Below are positions 38,331 to 52,206 of a stretch of DNA of 64,000 nucleotides, one piece after another. The DNA is from Chara braunii. Taxonomy: Eukaryota; Plantae; Charophyceae. Numbering within the stretch: the stretch's first letter is position 1; each line of letters begins with the position of its first letter. The notes under the pieces are model-generated. The model was not told where the DNA came from and did not search any database. It worked only from the letters and a program-made list of their open reading frames with translations. The stretch lies in NCBI GenBank assembly GCA_003427395.1, contig BFEA01000004.1, forward strand, positions 697,874 through 761,873, written 5' to 3'. Both the position numbers and the translations under genes were made by a program.

Positions 38331-39016
38331 TGCCTCACGGCTTCACGTACCCTTAGGATAAAACCCGAAGTAAGCCCCGAAGAATGGTTCCTAGCTGATT
38401 AAGGGAAGCGGGTTCCCTTTTTCAAATTTTGAGGATCAAATGCATGCTCTTTCAGGATTGCCCCTGCTCTTCGTCGAATTAGTCCAGCGCGAATGATTAG
38501 CGACCGCGCGGGAAAATTCAAGAAACAGTTATGAATTTCAGTTCTCGGCATCTTGAATTTATGCAATCAGAGAGCGCGCGGCCATTCTTGCTCACCATAC
38601 AAGCTCGCTCCCTACTTTGTGTGCACACGCCAACTCCCTTTCTTGCTTGTTCTTGCCTTTGCATAACCGTCCGTCTTCGTCTAAGTCCCACACCTGATCT
38701 CCCTTCCTCGCCTCTCGGCACGATTGATTGGTCAGCAGTTGGGATGGTCAGATCAAGCCGCAAGAACGAACAAACGCGCGCGGCTTAAACGACGACCCCA
38801 AGAGAACGAAATCTTTGATTGTCCCGCCTTCTTCTATCTTTCTGGAACCTTCTCTCTTCTTTTGTCCTCCTCATCCACTCCCCTGGCTGGCCATGCTACC
38901 CGCTGGTGCCCCGCCGCCTTTCGCGCTATAAATCCTGCAGCCCCTTCCTCTCACTCTCTTTGATATCGCCTGCAATGCTGCTTGAACTATACGTGAAGAC
39001 CGCAGCACCAGACAGG

Positions 39017-39017
<1 letters not shown>

Positions 39018-39048
<31 letters not shown>

Positions 39049-41934
39049 TTTAAGCATCTATGTTGGGGAGTAGAGGACGTGCTGATAAGAGCAGACACTC
39101 CCTCTACTCCCCTAGATGGATAGATGGCTCCGTTCCATTAGTGGGGAGCTGCACCTGCTGGAAACCGGGTCCAGCGTCCCTTTACATCATCCATAGTGAA
39201 CATATACCAAAATTTAAGCTGAAAAGTGGGCCCAACGACCCTTCATATCTGGGAATGCTGGGGAATAGTTATGCCTCTTCACCCTATTCAGGCGCCAGAT
39301 ATGCCATTACATCTAGCAATATTAACACTCCCCATCTGCTTATCGTGAGCTGGGACTGGGATCCACAGATAAAACCCAGACTGGGACACAGGTAATCACT
39401 CAAACGCATACCATGAGCCAGGAACTAAGGCCAACTTTGGTGGAGGAAAAGGATCAGGAAACTCAGAAAGGGGGCTGAGGGGAATGGAGGGATCTATGTT
39501 ACTCTAGTCATTAAAATATAAGTGGTAATTCATTGGGAGCTCACCGTGAGCTATCTCGCACGCTCCATTCCATTCAACCTGCCCAATTTTACCACCTTGT
39601 TCCCCTCCAAGCCAGTTTAGATTGAACGTTTTTATGTGTTGTTTGATTTCTTTTTCTGCTGTCAAGGTTTTAAGTTTTTTTTTTAATGTTTCTCATCTCG
39701 AGTTAATATCTAGTTGGATTTGTTGTTTGATGGAATCTGTGAACTCAGGCCCATCTAGACGGGCATCTTCCATTTCAAATGTGCACCTGTGAAACCATAT
39801 GGCATAGAAAAAAGTTATTCTCCCGATCGTGAATAGGTTCGTTGTTAAGCTGTCTTCACATGATGGGGTCCAGGCTTCCAGGAGGAGAGCTTTCTAGTTC
39901 CATGGCCATGGTAGGGAGGTTTCAATCTGGTTCCAGATCCTATCCCACCAACGCCATAACCAAACTGTCCCCTGAGCACTGTAAAAATATATGTTCTATT
40001 GTTTCCGGAATCAATTTGGACGGGAAGGCAGATTTGCAGAACTTGCACTAGGGAAGGGTTATTCCTCTTTGTTCTAGAGTAGTTTTGTCAATGATCCAGT
40101 CATTGGTTGACAAGCATCGGTGAGTGATCTGCCATTGAAGGGATGCCATTTTAGTTGGTTTGGATTTGATGGAATGGAACCATTTGACTGAATGTAATTT
40201 TTTTTTGCTCACGTTTAGGTGTCTCATCCATCGCTCTTCTATTCTATCTTTTAAATTTATCTTCGGGCGCAGCATCCTGTATGTGGATTTTACTGACAAC
40301 GTATGAAGAGCCCGTGTATGGGAACGTCCTGGATATACCTTAGACGCCTAAGACCAACTAACAGGATCTAGTGGGAGATGGGATATAGGAGTATCTGGTT
40401 TATAAGTCATCCACCTATCTTTGATCATTAATATCCTAGTCCTGAATAGTCTGTCTTTTTGGATTAGCCCCATGCTTTGATGTGCAGTGGATCTAAGGAA
40501 CTCATCCTCCTTCAATTCATAAATTGTCATTAACACATCACGATTAGGGCGTAGCTCACTAATTTTTCCTACCACACCTGGCTGATTATGGATGGAGACC
40601 CAATCATTAGGAATAAGGGTAGGCCATTTTCTCAAGATCCTAACCCAATCTAAGGGGATTATATCAATTATCTGTTCCAATGCTTCCTTCTGATGGCGTC
40701 AGTATCTTAATTTATCATTAAGGGTCGGGAGGTCAATCCAGTCTTGGTCCTCCACACTCCCAATATCTCTGATGCGCGTAACTCCTCTTCTAATTCATCC
40801 TTTCCAAGAAGAGTCCGTGCAGTTTAAGGTGCATTCATGATAGTCTCTGATGAGCGCATTGTTGAATAATGTTTGTTGGCATACTTCTTCCCATCTTTCT
40901 GGTGCTACTTTACCTGGGATGGGTAGTTTCCTCCACGTTTTGAGCAGGTCAGTCCATAAGGGGTCCCTGAATAGGTCAGTCCTTGCTGCTTGGCGATCAG
41001 ATAAATCCAAATTTTGGGGTTCTGATGGGGACGCCCTTAAAATCGGCCAGGCGCGATTTTCCAACCATATTAGAGGTTCAACCTCATCTGGGGTGAGAGG
41101 GGCGAGGCGTCTGATCTGTTCGCAAGCCAGATTATTCCATGGGGCTTGGGGATTGAATAGTAGGCATTTTATCCATTGAATTGAAAGTGTCTTCGCTTGG
41201 GTGGTGGGGTCAATTATACCTAGACCGCCTTTGGATTTAGGTTGAATTAATGATTTTCATGCCACTCTGCTGATAACATTTTTGGATTGATGATTACCTC
41301 GCCAAAGATATGCTACCAACTGCGTCTGCAAGATTTTAATGGATAAGTTATCAAGGGCCCAGATAGCGGATTTGTACCAAATAGAGGCGAGGACCACATT
41401 GTTAATCGCTAGCGTTCTTCCTATCAATGAGGTGTGTTTATCTTTCCATAATTCGAGTTTTGAGAGTGCATGTTTCAAAATCCCTTCGTTATTGGATGTT
41501 GGTTTGCCAAGGGCTGATAGTGAAATCCCGAGAACCATGACTAGCGAATCAAGCGGGAACCATTTGATCGTTGGTCGCTCTGGAGGCCTTACTCCTTGAT
41601 AGTGCATCCACCAACCAAGGGTTTTGTTTCCCCAGTTAATCCTCATGTCTGATAGTTTACAAAATACGTTCATAATCCGTTGTATCGCCTCTAGGTTTTC
41701 ATGTGAGGCATCAACCATGAGAGATAGGTCATCAACGAAGCGAGAACATATCGGAATGGCGTCCTCTGGTATGAATGTAACTTGGATGCGCTTGATATCT
41801 TTATGGTGGCGAATGTGAGCTGCCAGTGCTTCCATGATGATTACAAAGAGAAGCGGGGCAATGGAATCTCCTTGCCTAATTGATCTTTGTAGCATTATAG
41901 GAGGAGCTACATTCCCATTGACCATGACTCTTGT
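39018..41934 (-). mobile_element. 5'-truncated, decayed L1/Tx1-type LINE
   Basis: RT motifs RSIRQGDSIAPLLF and RFVDDL, SLIGRTLAINNV, and a C-terminal zinc-binding-like region; poly(A) tail (T-run 39018-39047); TSD AGACAGGC at 39010-39017 and 41935-41942; several stops and frameshifts. Confidence 0.9.
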
Positions 41935-42539
41935 AGACAGGCTCGACGTGCCAAAGTGACGGGCGGAATGACAGAGTGAGGTGGGATTAGCGGCAGACTT
42001 GGGTTGAAGCAGTCGGAGGGACTGAGCGGTGGTGGAGATGGAATGTGGCGAGCGACAGGGCCTTGTAGCTATGGTTGGCTGATGTCTTGGTTAGTTGGTG
42101 GTTGCGCCGAAGGGAGGCCAACACTGTTGAAATTTTGAATAGTGAGGGACTCGCGCTTTTCTCCATTGTTGCTTTGTCCACGTGTTTTGTGTGCAGCAGA
42201 CTAAGTGTGGATACTTAGTCGCATGCATGATGTTGGCTATGAAAGTTATGGATGTAGTCCAAGATACATGAGTGTATGGATGTGGAATGATGTTGTGGTT
42301 GTAAGGCGCACTTAGGCGCTTTCCTAGGGAGTTATTGGATGTCAAACGTCTGCCTGTATGCATGAGTGTGTTGATCTCCCTTTCTCATCCCGACCCTTGC
42401 TGATCCTTGCGTTAAGAGTGAGCGCGGGGGATCGTCGCCAACTTTTTCCTCTCTCCCCTCTCGCCCGCAAGTGCTACGTGTCGGTATTTCCCTCGTTCAT
42501 TTGGGCTGATCGTCGGCAACCACGGACATCGGGCAAGGG

Positions 42540-44400
42540 CGTTTAGTCAACCCGCCCGATCTCTTTGCTACTCGACCATAGTCGTTTTGTCCTAACAACG
42601 ATTTTGTGATTGCAACGCTGTGTCCCTGACTTGCATTTTTTATAAGTGGGAGGGAGTGGGGCAAGGTCTATTGAGATTTGTACGAGGTCGAGACTCGCTA
42701 CGCTGAACATGAGCGCGGGTGATTGCCCGTGCTCAAGCTTCCCATCGATCTGCCATAACACCCTTTCGCCTTTCCCAATCATAGACGAGGACGGTGTGTA
42801 TTGCGACGCAGATGTGCGAAGCACATTACTGCGGACTGACCAGGTTCATCTCTATAACCAGTTTAAGGTTTGTCACATCGGAGGAAGTGGGTGTATTCTA
42901 GTTGATCGTTTTTCTTCCCCATCCTTGATCTTACCTTACACGGATTTAACAGTCTTGCTATGGTCGGTTTCCCATGCCACGTGGAAGCCCCAGTTTAGCT
43001 GCCACTGGTGTCGGCGGGAAAACTTGTATTTCTGGCGGAGGCTGGTACTAGGGTACGAAGGCTGGGCTCGGTTCTTGAAACTCTCCCGCAGTGCGAGAGC
43101 CCTTTCGGCAAGCTTCTGAACCTAGGTGCCCCTAACCTCGCTCGGGCCATACAACGAGGCCCCTAATCGACCTCGCTTTATGAGTCTGACCCAGATGCCT
43201 AAGATGTCCCTTATCTCTTGGGTCTTTGCAATAAAGTAGGCGTGAACCTGACAAGAGAGAAACGGTAGGTTCCACGTCTTCCCCCCCTTTTTTTTTTGTT
43301 ATCTCTTTTCGCGACTGGCCTTTGGGTCGCACGCTGCCCCTAAACCCCCGGCGAAGCAGAATTTTGCTTATACCTCGAATGTTGACACAACTAGTCCTGC
43401 GAGTTTTCCTTTGTTTTTCCTTTTGAGCCATTTCTGTCGCCCCTAATCCAAAGTGACCTCGGGTAAGATCCCCAGCTTTGTCCAGGTGATTCAACTCCCA
43501 CCCAAAATCCTCGCCCCTTGTCAGAGGGCGCGGTGTCCCGGCCCTTCGCTGCGTACCAAACAGGCATCCGCTTCCTCACAGCTGCGTAGCAGACAGATAT
43601 CATCTCACTCACCGTTGCGTACCAGACAGACATTCACTTACACGCCATTGTGTACGGGGGGGCCGCCCGCATACCTTCGTCGCAAACCCGGTACCAGTTC
43701 GCAGGGTCATGCTGAATCGTCAGGGCCGATTTTTGGGCTTCCCAGTGGTACTGCACGGGTTCGGTGCTCTGCCCTACAGCTGGGTTGTGGGGTAGGTGCG
43801 GAGGCTACGGTCACTATTAGTAAAAGAAAGATATAGAGGAAAAGAAAAATAAAAGGAAAGTGAGGGTTTGAGTGCAGAGCCTCAGATCCGTGTCTGGATC
43901 TAGATCGTTACCTTTGAGTTTTGGAGTCTGGGGGGCTTTAGTGATGCTGAAACGCGAGAGAACTCTGAGGGGTCGTTTCTCTCTTTCCATTAATATTACT
44001 ATTATTATCGTTGCCTATTTCTCCTATTTTACTACTTGTCCTGTCGTTTTGTGTGGAATTAACGGTTCGTTTTCGAACCGTGATTACCGACTGGCGGCCT
44101 AGAATGTCCTGATCGTTCGCGCCTCTGTTGTCCCTGGTGCGGGACCGCAAAAGAGGGGCAACCCGTGACCGCTTCGGTAGGAGGGTTATCACCACCCGTG
44201 GAGGGTCATAAGCCCCCTCCTTGCCAACGGAAACGGGTACCCATTAGTGGTAGCCCGACGACTCGTTTTAGAGGAGAGAGGTCGTTGGTTGGTATCCCGT
44301 TATGGGACCGCCGATTTAGGGTCGCAGTTTTTTCGTAGCAAGACGAAGTTACAGGGACTGATAGCTGAAAGCCTTGTTGGTGCTACGGCCGTTGGGGTTC
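42540..44400 (-). mobile_element. Possible decayed LINE 5' region/ORF1
   Basis: Minus-strand fragment ...QISIDLAPLPPTYKKCKSGTQRCNH resembling a zinc-knuckle ORF1 end; lies between other LINE relics. Confidence 0.3.
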
Positions 44401-44409
44401 TGTCCCTTG

Positions 44410-46490
44410 CTATTTTTATCTTAATTTATTTTATTTTTGTTTGTGTTTTATTTTATTCTATTAAGTAATGGAACCACGGTTTATTGACATGCAGAACTTC
44501 ATAAATTTACCCCATTTAGAACGCTGGGGTCACGACATGCAATGGCCCTATAAGAGAGGAAGGAGGGCTGGCATCTAGCTAATTGGGCATGACCAGTCTC
44601 ACGCTGCTTGTTGTCGAGCTGAGAAGAGGGGTGAGCGGTAGTGTGGGCATGAGGCAGCCCTGTTTGTGTGTGCATGTGCTAAGTGTTCGATCTTGGTTGT
44701 CTTGGGTTTCTGCGGCCTGGCGCAAATGTGTAAACCAACCGAAGAGGGCGCGACCATGGTACGAAGTAGTGGGCTGCACGAGTATAGGCCGAAATACCTC
44801 CAGTTTATCTGAAGGTGGGAGCAGATGTCGGGGGAGGGATCTGCAGTGACAACCATTCTAAACTATAGCCATTGCAATAAAGAGGCAAGGCTGAAGATCA
44901 ACATTGAGGGGGGGGAAAAAGAAAAGATGAGAGCAGACCAAAGACTGTAGTTGGCCATCACAAAGGCCAAGGACCGGGCTGAGAGGAGGTGCAGGAGAGA
45001 CGGGGTCACAAATGAACTGAAGGTGACTGTTTCTTACCTTTAAGCAGAGACTTCGATGGACACAGTAAAGCGAGAACAGAGGCACCTGGACCGCGACACG
45101 GAGGCGGAGAGCGAGGAGAGTGACCGGGAGGTCCGGACCCAGTCCTGGCATGGACTGGACCAGTGCCGGCAAGACCACCCGTCCGCTGAGCCTGTAGAGG
45201 ACGGACCAGAGGCCAGCTCAAAGAAGGGGAAAGATTGAGACCGCAGGGCGGTTACGAGCGATCGGGGTGAAGGCCCAAGACACAGAAGAAAGAGGGACAC
45301 GCAAAAAGAAAAAAAGTGAGACATTTGAGACCGCGCAGCGTGGCTAAGAAGGTCAGTTCCAAGTGAGTCACGACGGTGATGTGCGCGTACTTAGCGGATG
45401 TGTCGAAAAGCGAGCGCACAGACGAAGGTTGACGTCAATAATTCTCCCGCCCTATCTGGACATGACGGAGACTTTTTGGCCTGCACGAGAGTTAGATTGG
45501 GGATAGGGTGACGAGGTTGAGGCCACGGGCAGTGACCGTGCAAGTGTGCAGGGAAAGCTGAAGAGAGGTTAGCGTAGGAGCGGTGTGTGTAGATGACAAA
45601 CCTGCTTGGTCGTGGGTGACGGTTGGCGCTGATCACTGGATATGTTGAATGTAGCCGTGAAGGGTTCAATGGAGGGGGTGCGCGCGAGTGCCGGCGAAGG
45701 TACTGCTCACATTGTTGTGCTAAGGAGTCACGCGATTACCTGTTTGAAGGTCCCTCGCAGAGTCCATTGGAGCCGACTCATGCTTTTGGTGACTAACACT
45801 CCCATCCAATACGTTGAGACTGATGGCGCTTGTGTGACCATCGCTATACTCTGGACGGGCACATGTGAAGAAGAACTTGCACGAGCACTGTGGACAACCT
45901 GCTAGTGTACAATGTAGAAAGATGTCAGCCATCGATGGTGCGGAAAGGAGATATTAGAGAAGTGAGAACACAAAAGAAGGAGGGTAATTGCTAAGGAGAG
46001 CCGATGTAATTGTACTTGAGAGAGAGAGAGAGGGAAGGTGAAAGGGAAGCGCAGAAGACGACCACGAGGGAAAATAACAGGGTCTCTCTTTAACTTGATG
46101 ATGTCGCCTACTGGTCGTGTCGGTTGGTGGCTTACCTGAGTTCAGGCTCGGAGGGTCGAAGTGTGGTCGCAGGGGCAAGTTTCCGCTGAGTGGCCTAAGG
46201 CCTTCGTTACTACCTCTTGGGTGAGCTGGCAAGGGAAAGGCTCGGCTCACCTACTCCGTCTGAGTAATGCATGGCGAGTATGACAATAACCTTGGCGCGC
46301 ACGACGGGTTTTGAGTGAAGCAATCAGGACTAGTGTGGAGGAGATGTCGTGGGGACGAGACGGGGGGGGGGGGGGGGGGGGGGGGGGCTATATGTAGACA
46401 TAAGCATGGAGTAAACTGAACAAGAAATGGACTGTTGACGTCACCTATTCCCTCCGACAATTAGGGTCTCTCCCTGCCCCTGACTTCAAA
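44410..46490 (-). mobile_element. Decayed LINE 3' part
   Basis: A-rich tail on the minus strand at ~44410-44460, C..HLFF-like remnant, QGETL (cf. QGDPL) near 46470; composition like 31.2-33.5 kb. Confidence 0.38.
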
Positions 46491-46519
46491 AGGACGAAGT
46501 ATGTACCTTCGACAGAGTG

Positions 46520-49500
46520 TACGAAATATTAAAAAAAAAGGCTTGGGGACGAGATCAGTATACGCTAGGCCGCTACTCTCTAATGGCTATGGCCTGGGCG
46601 AGCGATGGTCATAAGTTGGTAGAGATGAAGAAAGGTCAAGATGTGTTGAGAAAGAGAGGTCAAGATGCGTTGATGGAATATTCAGTTACACGAAGCTCCT
46701 GTCAACGAGTGAGGTAGATCATGTTAACACATTATGTTCATTGACTCTGATTTAGTAGACCTTGTCATTTCTTAAGTTGACAACAATTGCTTATGGTGAC
46801 CTCATGCTGCTTTCCGGATATTTGAAACGATGAACTAGATAATGAAGGGGAGGTTATGAGCGTAATGGACCTGACCCACAAGGAAAGTAAAGTTGTGTTT
46901 TCCTGTTCGATAACGAGTTGGTGGGTGGATGAGTGAATTGGAGATAGTAATCACAAGCGCTCGACTTGCCTAGCACACCAAACGAGCTTCGTCTGTAAGT
47001 CATGATTGACACATGAAACTCCGCGTACACGTCACTGGTGGGGTATGGTCCTGATATTTCTTAGTGTGTATGCTTGGGTGATTGATGGGTAAGAAGCGAC
47101 ATACTCTAAGGAAGATTGCATACCTCCTCACAAATTCCTGGTAGATGGAGACTTCGTGACTGGTCGAGACTAATTAAACAAGTGAATTTTGTTTGAAGGG
47201 GTCGTCTACAAAGCTTTGGATATAAAGTGTGTTGGTCACTCGACGCCTGGCAAGATGAAAGTTTGTGGTATAGCGTCTGACCTTTTTTTTTGTGCGTATG
47301 AAGCACCTATATTGATTGAACTTGTACACAACCACTCGGCAAATCACTCCCTCTCCACTCGAAAGTTATGTAACTCGACTCAGTATATGGTCTAGCAACA
47401 TCCGACATGACACCTAAGTTGAGGGATGTTAGTGTCACTCCTAGCGAAGCTCAGTCGAGGGTCACGTCGACCTTTCCTGGTGTGGCTTGAACGGGAGGAC
47501 AGACCCCCAGATGACGTTTTCTCGAGTTGTGACAAAGCATATTAATTTTCTTATTTAACCGCTCATCAATCCAGTGCTTCATCCCGTCTAAGGCGAGTAA
47601 GCACTAAGCCAAGCCTCGCTTCGAGTTTGACAGTGCTCTGTGATGTCTGTGAGCGGGGACTGGGAGCGTAAATCTATCATTCAAAGACATTTGGCTGAGT
47701 ACAGTACTTAAAACAAAAGAAAAGGCGGGGTTTCAGGCAAATAGGAAGAGGAAAAATCTGACATGTCTAAAAATGTTTATCTCGTGAACAAATGAGGAAT
47801 AATCAGTTTTGACTATGTGTCCAAGGCAGTCACGCATAACATAAATTTGGCTCTACTCTGGGTAACGGTATCGAGTTCTGACAAGCTTTGCACTGAAAAT
47901 TATTGTGCTTCTTACGGTCATACCTGGAGTCCGAGGTAGCTGTTCTTTAAGTACAGTAATAAAAAAAAATAATGTTTCAGCAGTGTATCTTCGCTCTAGT
48001 CGTGTGGTGCGAATGAATTCTGAGCTTAAAAGCTTCTGGTAAGAGGGCGATTTTATTCGAATAAGAGTTTTGGAAGGATCAACATCTGATACTACTCCCC
48101 TCGTGGCAATCGGTTTTGGTCGAATCTGAGAAACTTTCGCAGATCACCCTCAATATAGCACTTCATAAAGCCAGGTAAGCGTCTGTAATCAGTCGCTAAT
48201 AACGAGTTAGAGTCGTTTTTCTTTCTGATCATAGATGACACTTGATAATCACTCAGTTTCATCCACTGTGGAAGTTCAAACTTGTTCTCAGTGGTTGTTA
48301 ACCATACTTAGAGAGCTATCTACTACTCTTACCTCATAGCATACACAGATTCAACGACCGCAAGAACTCTACCTCTAATACTTGCCTCCAACGGAGGACT
48401 TGGCACCAAATGCTATTATTGAGTTTATCGCAATTAGTCATCTCTTGAGTGGTATCAGACAAAAAGTGATTGGGCCGTATGACCTTATACAAAACTGTGA
48501 TTAGTAGTCGATTATCATGAAGTCTAAGGGGATAAGGGTCCTGAGCAGCAAATCGTAAAGTAGTGATTGTTGCCAGGTCAGACGAGTCATAACAGCGTCT
48601 TGGCTAAGTCTCTGCAAACAAAGAGTTATTATCCTTGCGATCTGAACATTGATCATAGCAGACTATTGTCGGTAATAAACGCCTGGGGAAGGGATAGGTT
48701 CATGCCCTTCGAACCAGTGAGTCCTTCAGTAGTAACCCAACTGTTGGGAAAATTTTAGATGATGACGAGTGTTGGTTACCCTAGATGGTTAACCAGGGGT
48801 TGAGTTACGTGTATAATGAGGTATAATTGATAACGGGAGGGGAGTGAGCATGGCAAGCGTAAATACACTTGTGATGTATGCGTCACTTTGTCGTGATGAA
48901 GAGGGGAACTGGGAAGACAAAGTTTTCAGTAAGATTGAGGATTACAAGAGGGAATTGAGGAATGAAATGACTGGAAGAATTAGAAACTATCACGGATTCG
49001 TTGAGTTTGTGTCTTACATCCACGGGTTTGACGAGAGGTTACACAATACAGTTTCATTCCTTAAGACGATTCAGAAGAAAGAAAACACGGAGTAACTTGT
49101 GAGCAGTCAAGCCCATCCTATTCCAACCACCCTCATACTTGACAAGAACTACAAGGGACAAGACAACCACGTGCATGTGACACTGCTAGCGTGAGTTTTG
49201 AGCAGACAATCGTAAGCCAAGTATAAGGGCATCGGTGTTCCTCGGAGAGCTCGAACCGGACATTTTTACCTTCGCTACTGAGTTCGATGATCAAAACCCA
49301 AAGTGAGATTTTTGTGTAGTCTTCGCTAATCAACCCTTTGGGCAATGTCACTCAGGCGACACTCTTGACAGAGATTCTCATGACTACAAGGGGCACTTCA
49401 GTGGCCGTACACGACTCCTGTTAAAGTAATCAGCAGTCACTAGGTGTCTTAATTGAATGTCAACGCCCCTCATCGGTGAAAATTGTCATCAGGATTAACT

Positions 49501-50300
49501 GTCATTTATTGATTCTCAGGTCAGTACAAGTTTATTGATATCCTTGTCAAGATACTCGGGCCGATCTTCAAATATCTGTCTCAACACATGAGTACAATTC
49601 AATCACTTTCTGTTGATGAATTGGTTCTGACCAATCTCAACCAGATAGCGTCCAAAGATGCCTCATGTATAAATATATCAGTGCAGTTGGTTTCAGACGG
49701 GAAGATCTATCTGTATTCGTGGTTCAAACTCAGTTCGTTGCAGGCACCATCTCAAACTTGAGACCCTATGTGAGGAAAGGCAAAGAGACCCATGAACACT
49801 TTGATTCAGTTTGGATCTCAGCAGCAAGATATCTTGAGGAGAGAGAAAGAGAAATAAATGAGAGCGGGGTGAGACTAATTCGCAACTCCGGACCTAAGCT
49901 CTACACAGACTATCCAAAGCCTCCAGTGCCCTTCACTCTCACTGACGGTTCTTGCTGGGGAGACTTGGTAGATCTGGCCAAAAGGTGTATCTCTCCCGCA
50001 AAGATTGATTACGAGGCAGTGACCGAACCATCAGAGTTTCGACATCTCATACGAGGGATTTTTTTCAGGTCCTACCTTCCTACTCTGTGGGAGTTATGTG
50101 CTATGGTTGACTTTCGTGTTATGAGTCTTGGATGGAAGTGTTCAGAACTTGCAGGCTTCATGTGACTCTTCATTCATAGGTCACAGTTTCAAGAGGTACA
50201 TAGGTATGGGTCGAGGCACAAGAGATGCACAGCCAAATAAGACATTGCGGGATGAGTGAGGACTCTTTACGAGTGGTAGCCGTGTCTATTCATTTGTACT
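46520..50300 (+). other. Decayed coding-like island of unknown origin (candidate endogenous viral element)
   Basis: No microsatellites, even composition, residual plus-strand ORFs (48844-49095, 49665-50165); only weak motif hints. Confidence 0.25.
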
Positions 50301-50787
50301 TTCCTGAGTTTATTATGAGTTCTCATTCTTCCCTCATTCATCCCTGTCATTGCTTGAGTCTGCCAGTCTTGCTCCATTTGTATTGATTTTGCTTGATGAT
50401 CATGTTCTCTGATGATCCTATCACAGTTCTCAAAACTAGTGAATTGGCAAAATTGATACATGTGTGACACTCCCAAATTTTACAATTATTATTTGCATTA
50501 CTCTTTGCTGTTCCGAATCAAAATAAAAGATTCATCAAACCGAGGACCAGCGAAGACCACAATTGAAGGGTCTCGCTCGAAGCCGGACGCACACAACAGG
50601 AAGAGATTTGCTTTCATTAAAGTTATTTATTTATTGCAAACAAGTAACAAAGTCCTGCGTGACAGCCTGTTGACTTTATGGTCGCCCAAAGTGGCATGGC
50701 TGGAAAAAGTGCGATACTGCGCTCCAATTACTATTATCAGCGTCCCTCGGAACGAAACGCCGCGCAGGTGTGAGGTTGCACATTACA

Positions 50788-51140
50788 GGCTGGCATCCAA
50801 GTTACCTTAACACGGGCTTCTCGGGGTGCTGGAACAAGCTTCAGGTATTGACCTTTGGATTCAATTGAGGCTGGCATAGTAGTTACCTTAGTACGAGTTT
50901 GTCAGGGTACCAGAATGGCCTTTAGGTGTTGAATTTGGGGGGTTTAGTCGTGGGTGATATAGCAGTTACCTTAATACAGACTTATCGGGGTACTGGAACA
51001 GGTACTGGTCCAGGGGGTTGTAGTAGTGTGGCTGGCATAACTGTCACCTTAGTACAAACTTATTGAGGTACCAGAACGGGCTCTAGGTACTAGTCGAGGG
51101 TCCAAAGTAGTGTGGGTGGCGTAGTTGTCACCCTAGTACT
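50788..51140. repeat. ~80-bp degenerate tandem repeat x4-5
   Basis: GGCTGGCATAG..GTTACCTTAGTAC...GGTACCAGAA units. Confidence 0.7.
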
Positions 51141-51891
51141 GGCTAAGATCCTACAAGCGAATGAAGGATCTTCAACTCTTTGTCTCATACTACATCTGGC
51201 TTAGTAACTGGGCTATCACTTGGGATATCAACTCATCTATCAACTAGGACATCAACTTACCTATCAACTAGGAGTATCGATCCTCCTATCGACTAGGCTA
51301 TTAATTAGGCAATCCATTATACTATCCAGTACAATCTTAAGTCTAGTGTGCTAGATGGGCGTCACCGTGCACCCTCATTAAGACCTGTAATAACATGTTC
51401 ATACCTAGCTCTCGAAGTCCTCATGCAATCAGGCTTGCACGACGTCTGCTTCAACCGGGGTTTTCTACTTAGCCCGGGTGCTTGCAATTGTCGTCAGGTC
51501 AAGTCACCCCGCCAAAAATGGTGATGGGTGATGGTCTTGGGTGGTGAGCACTAGGGTAGGACGGGTCGGTGGGGGTGTGCCAAGGCAAAAAAATGAGAGG
51601 AAGGGTGGGTGGGGTCCTTAGAGGGGTTCAACCAAATATCAAGTGGGCGATTATTGTGGGTGTGATGTGCGAGTATACGTACCTGAATGAACTCCTCAGT
51701 GCCCCTTTTCACCCCACCCCCCTAGCCTCTTTCGTTTTTCTTGTATGGGTCCAATCCACCAAAGCCCCTAAACTTCAAAGCGTTTTTGTATTCCAGCATA
51801 TCGAAACTCTTTGCTTCTTTTTCTTGTAAATTTTACGTAGGAACTTCAGTAGGTGCGCTGAAATTCAGTCCGACAGTTGGAAATTTTTTAA

Positions 51892-52148
51892 ACCACCATT
51901 ACCTACCAGTTGTCAAGGCCCGTGGCTCAGGCTACCGGTAGCCCGGTCATTCCCAAGCCTCGGACTTTATTGCCGAGCCTCGGACAACCGGTAGTGCAGA
52001 ACGGGAAAAAAAAAAAAAAAAAACACAAAAAAACATACAACATTTTGCAAAAAACAAACAAAAACAACAAAAAAAACAGAAAAACAAAACGAACACAACG
52101 TTGCCCAACGAGAATGAATCTTCCTCGATAAAGAGGAAGATTCATTCT

Positions 52149-52206
<58 letters not shown>

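Noticed and set aside
51930-52000. CCGGTCATTCCCAAGCC resembling a twister ribozyme motif
   Set aside because: The required UAA segment and pseudoknot partners were not found; the sequence lies within a TIR element hairpin.
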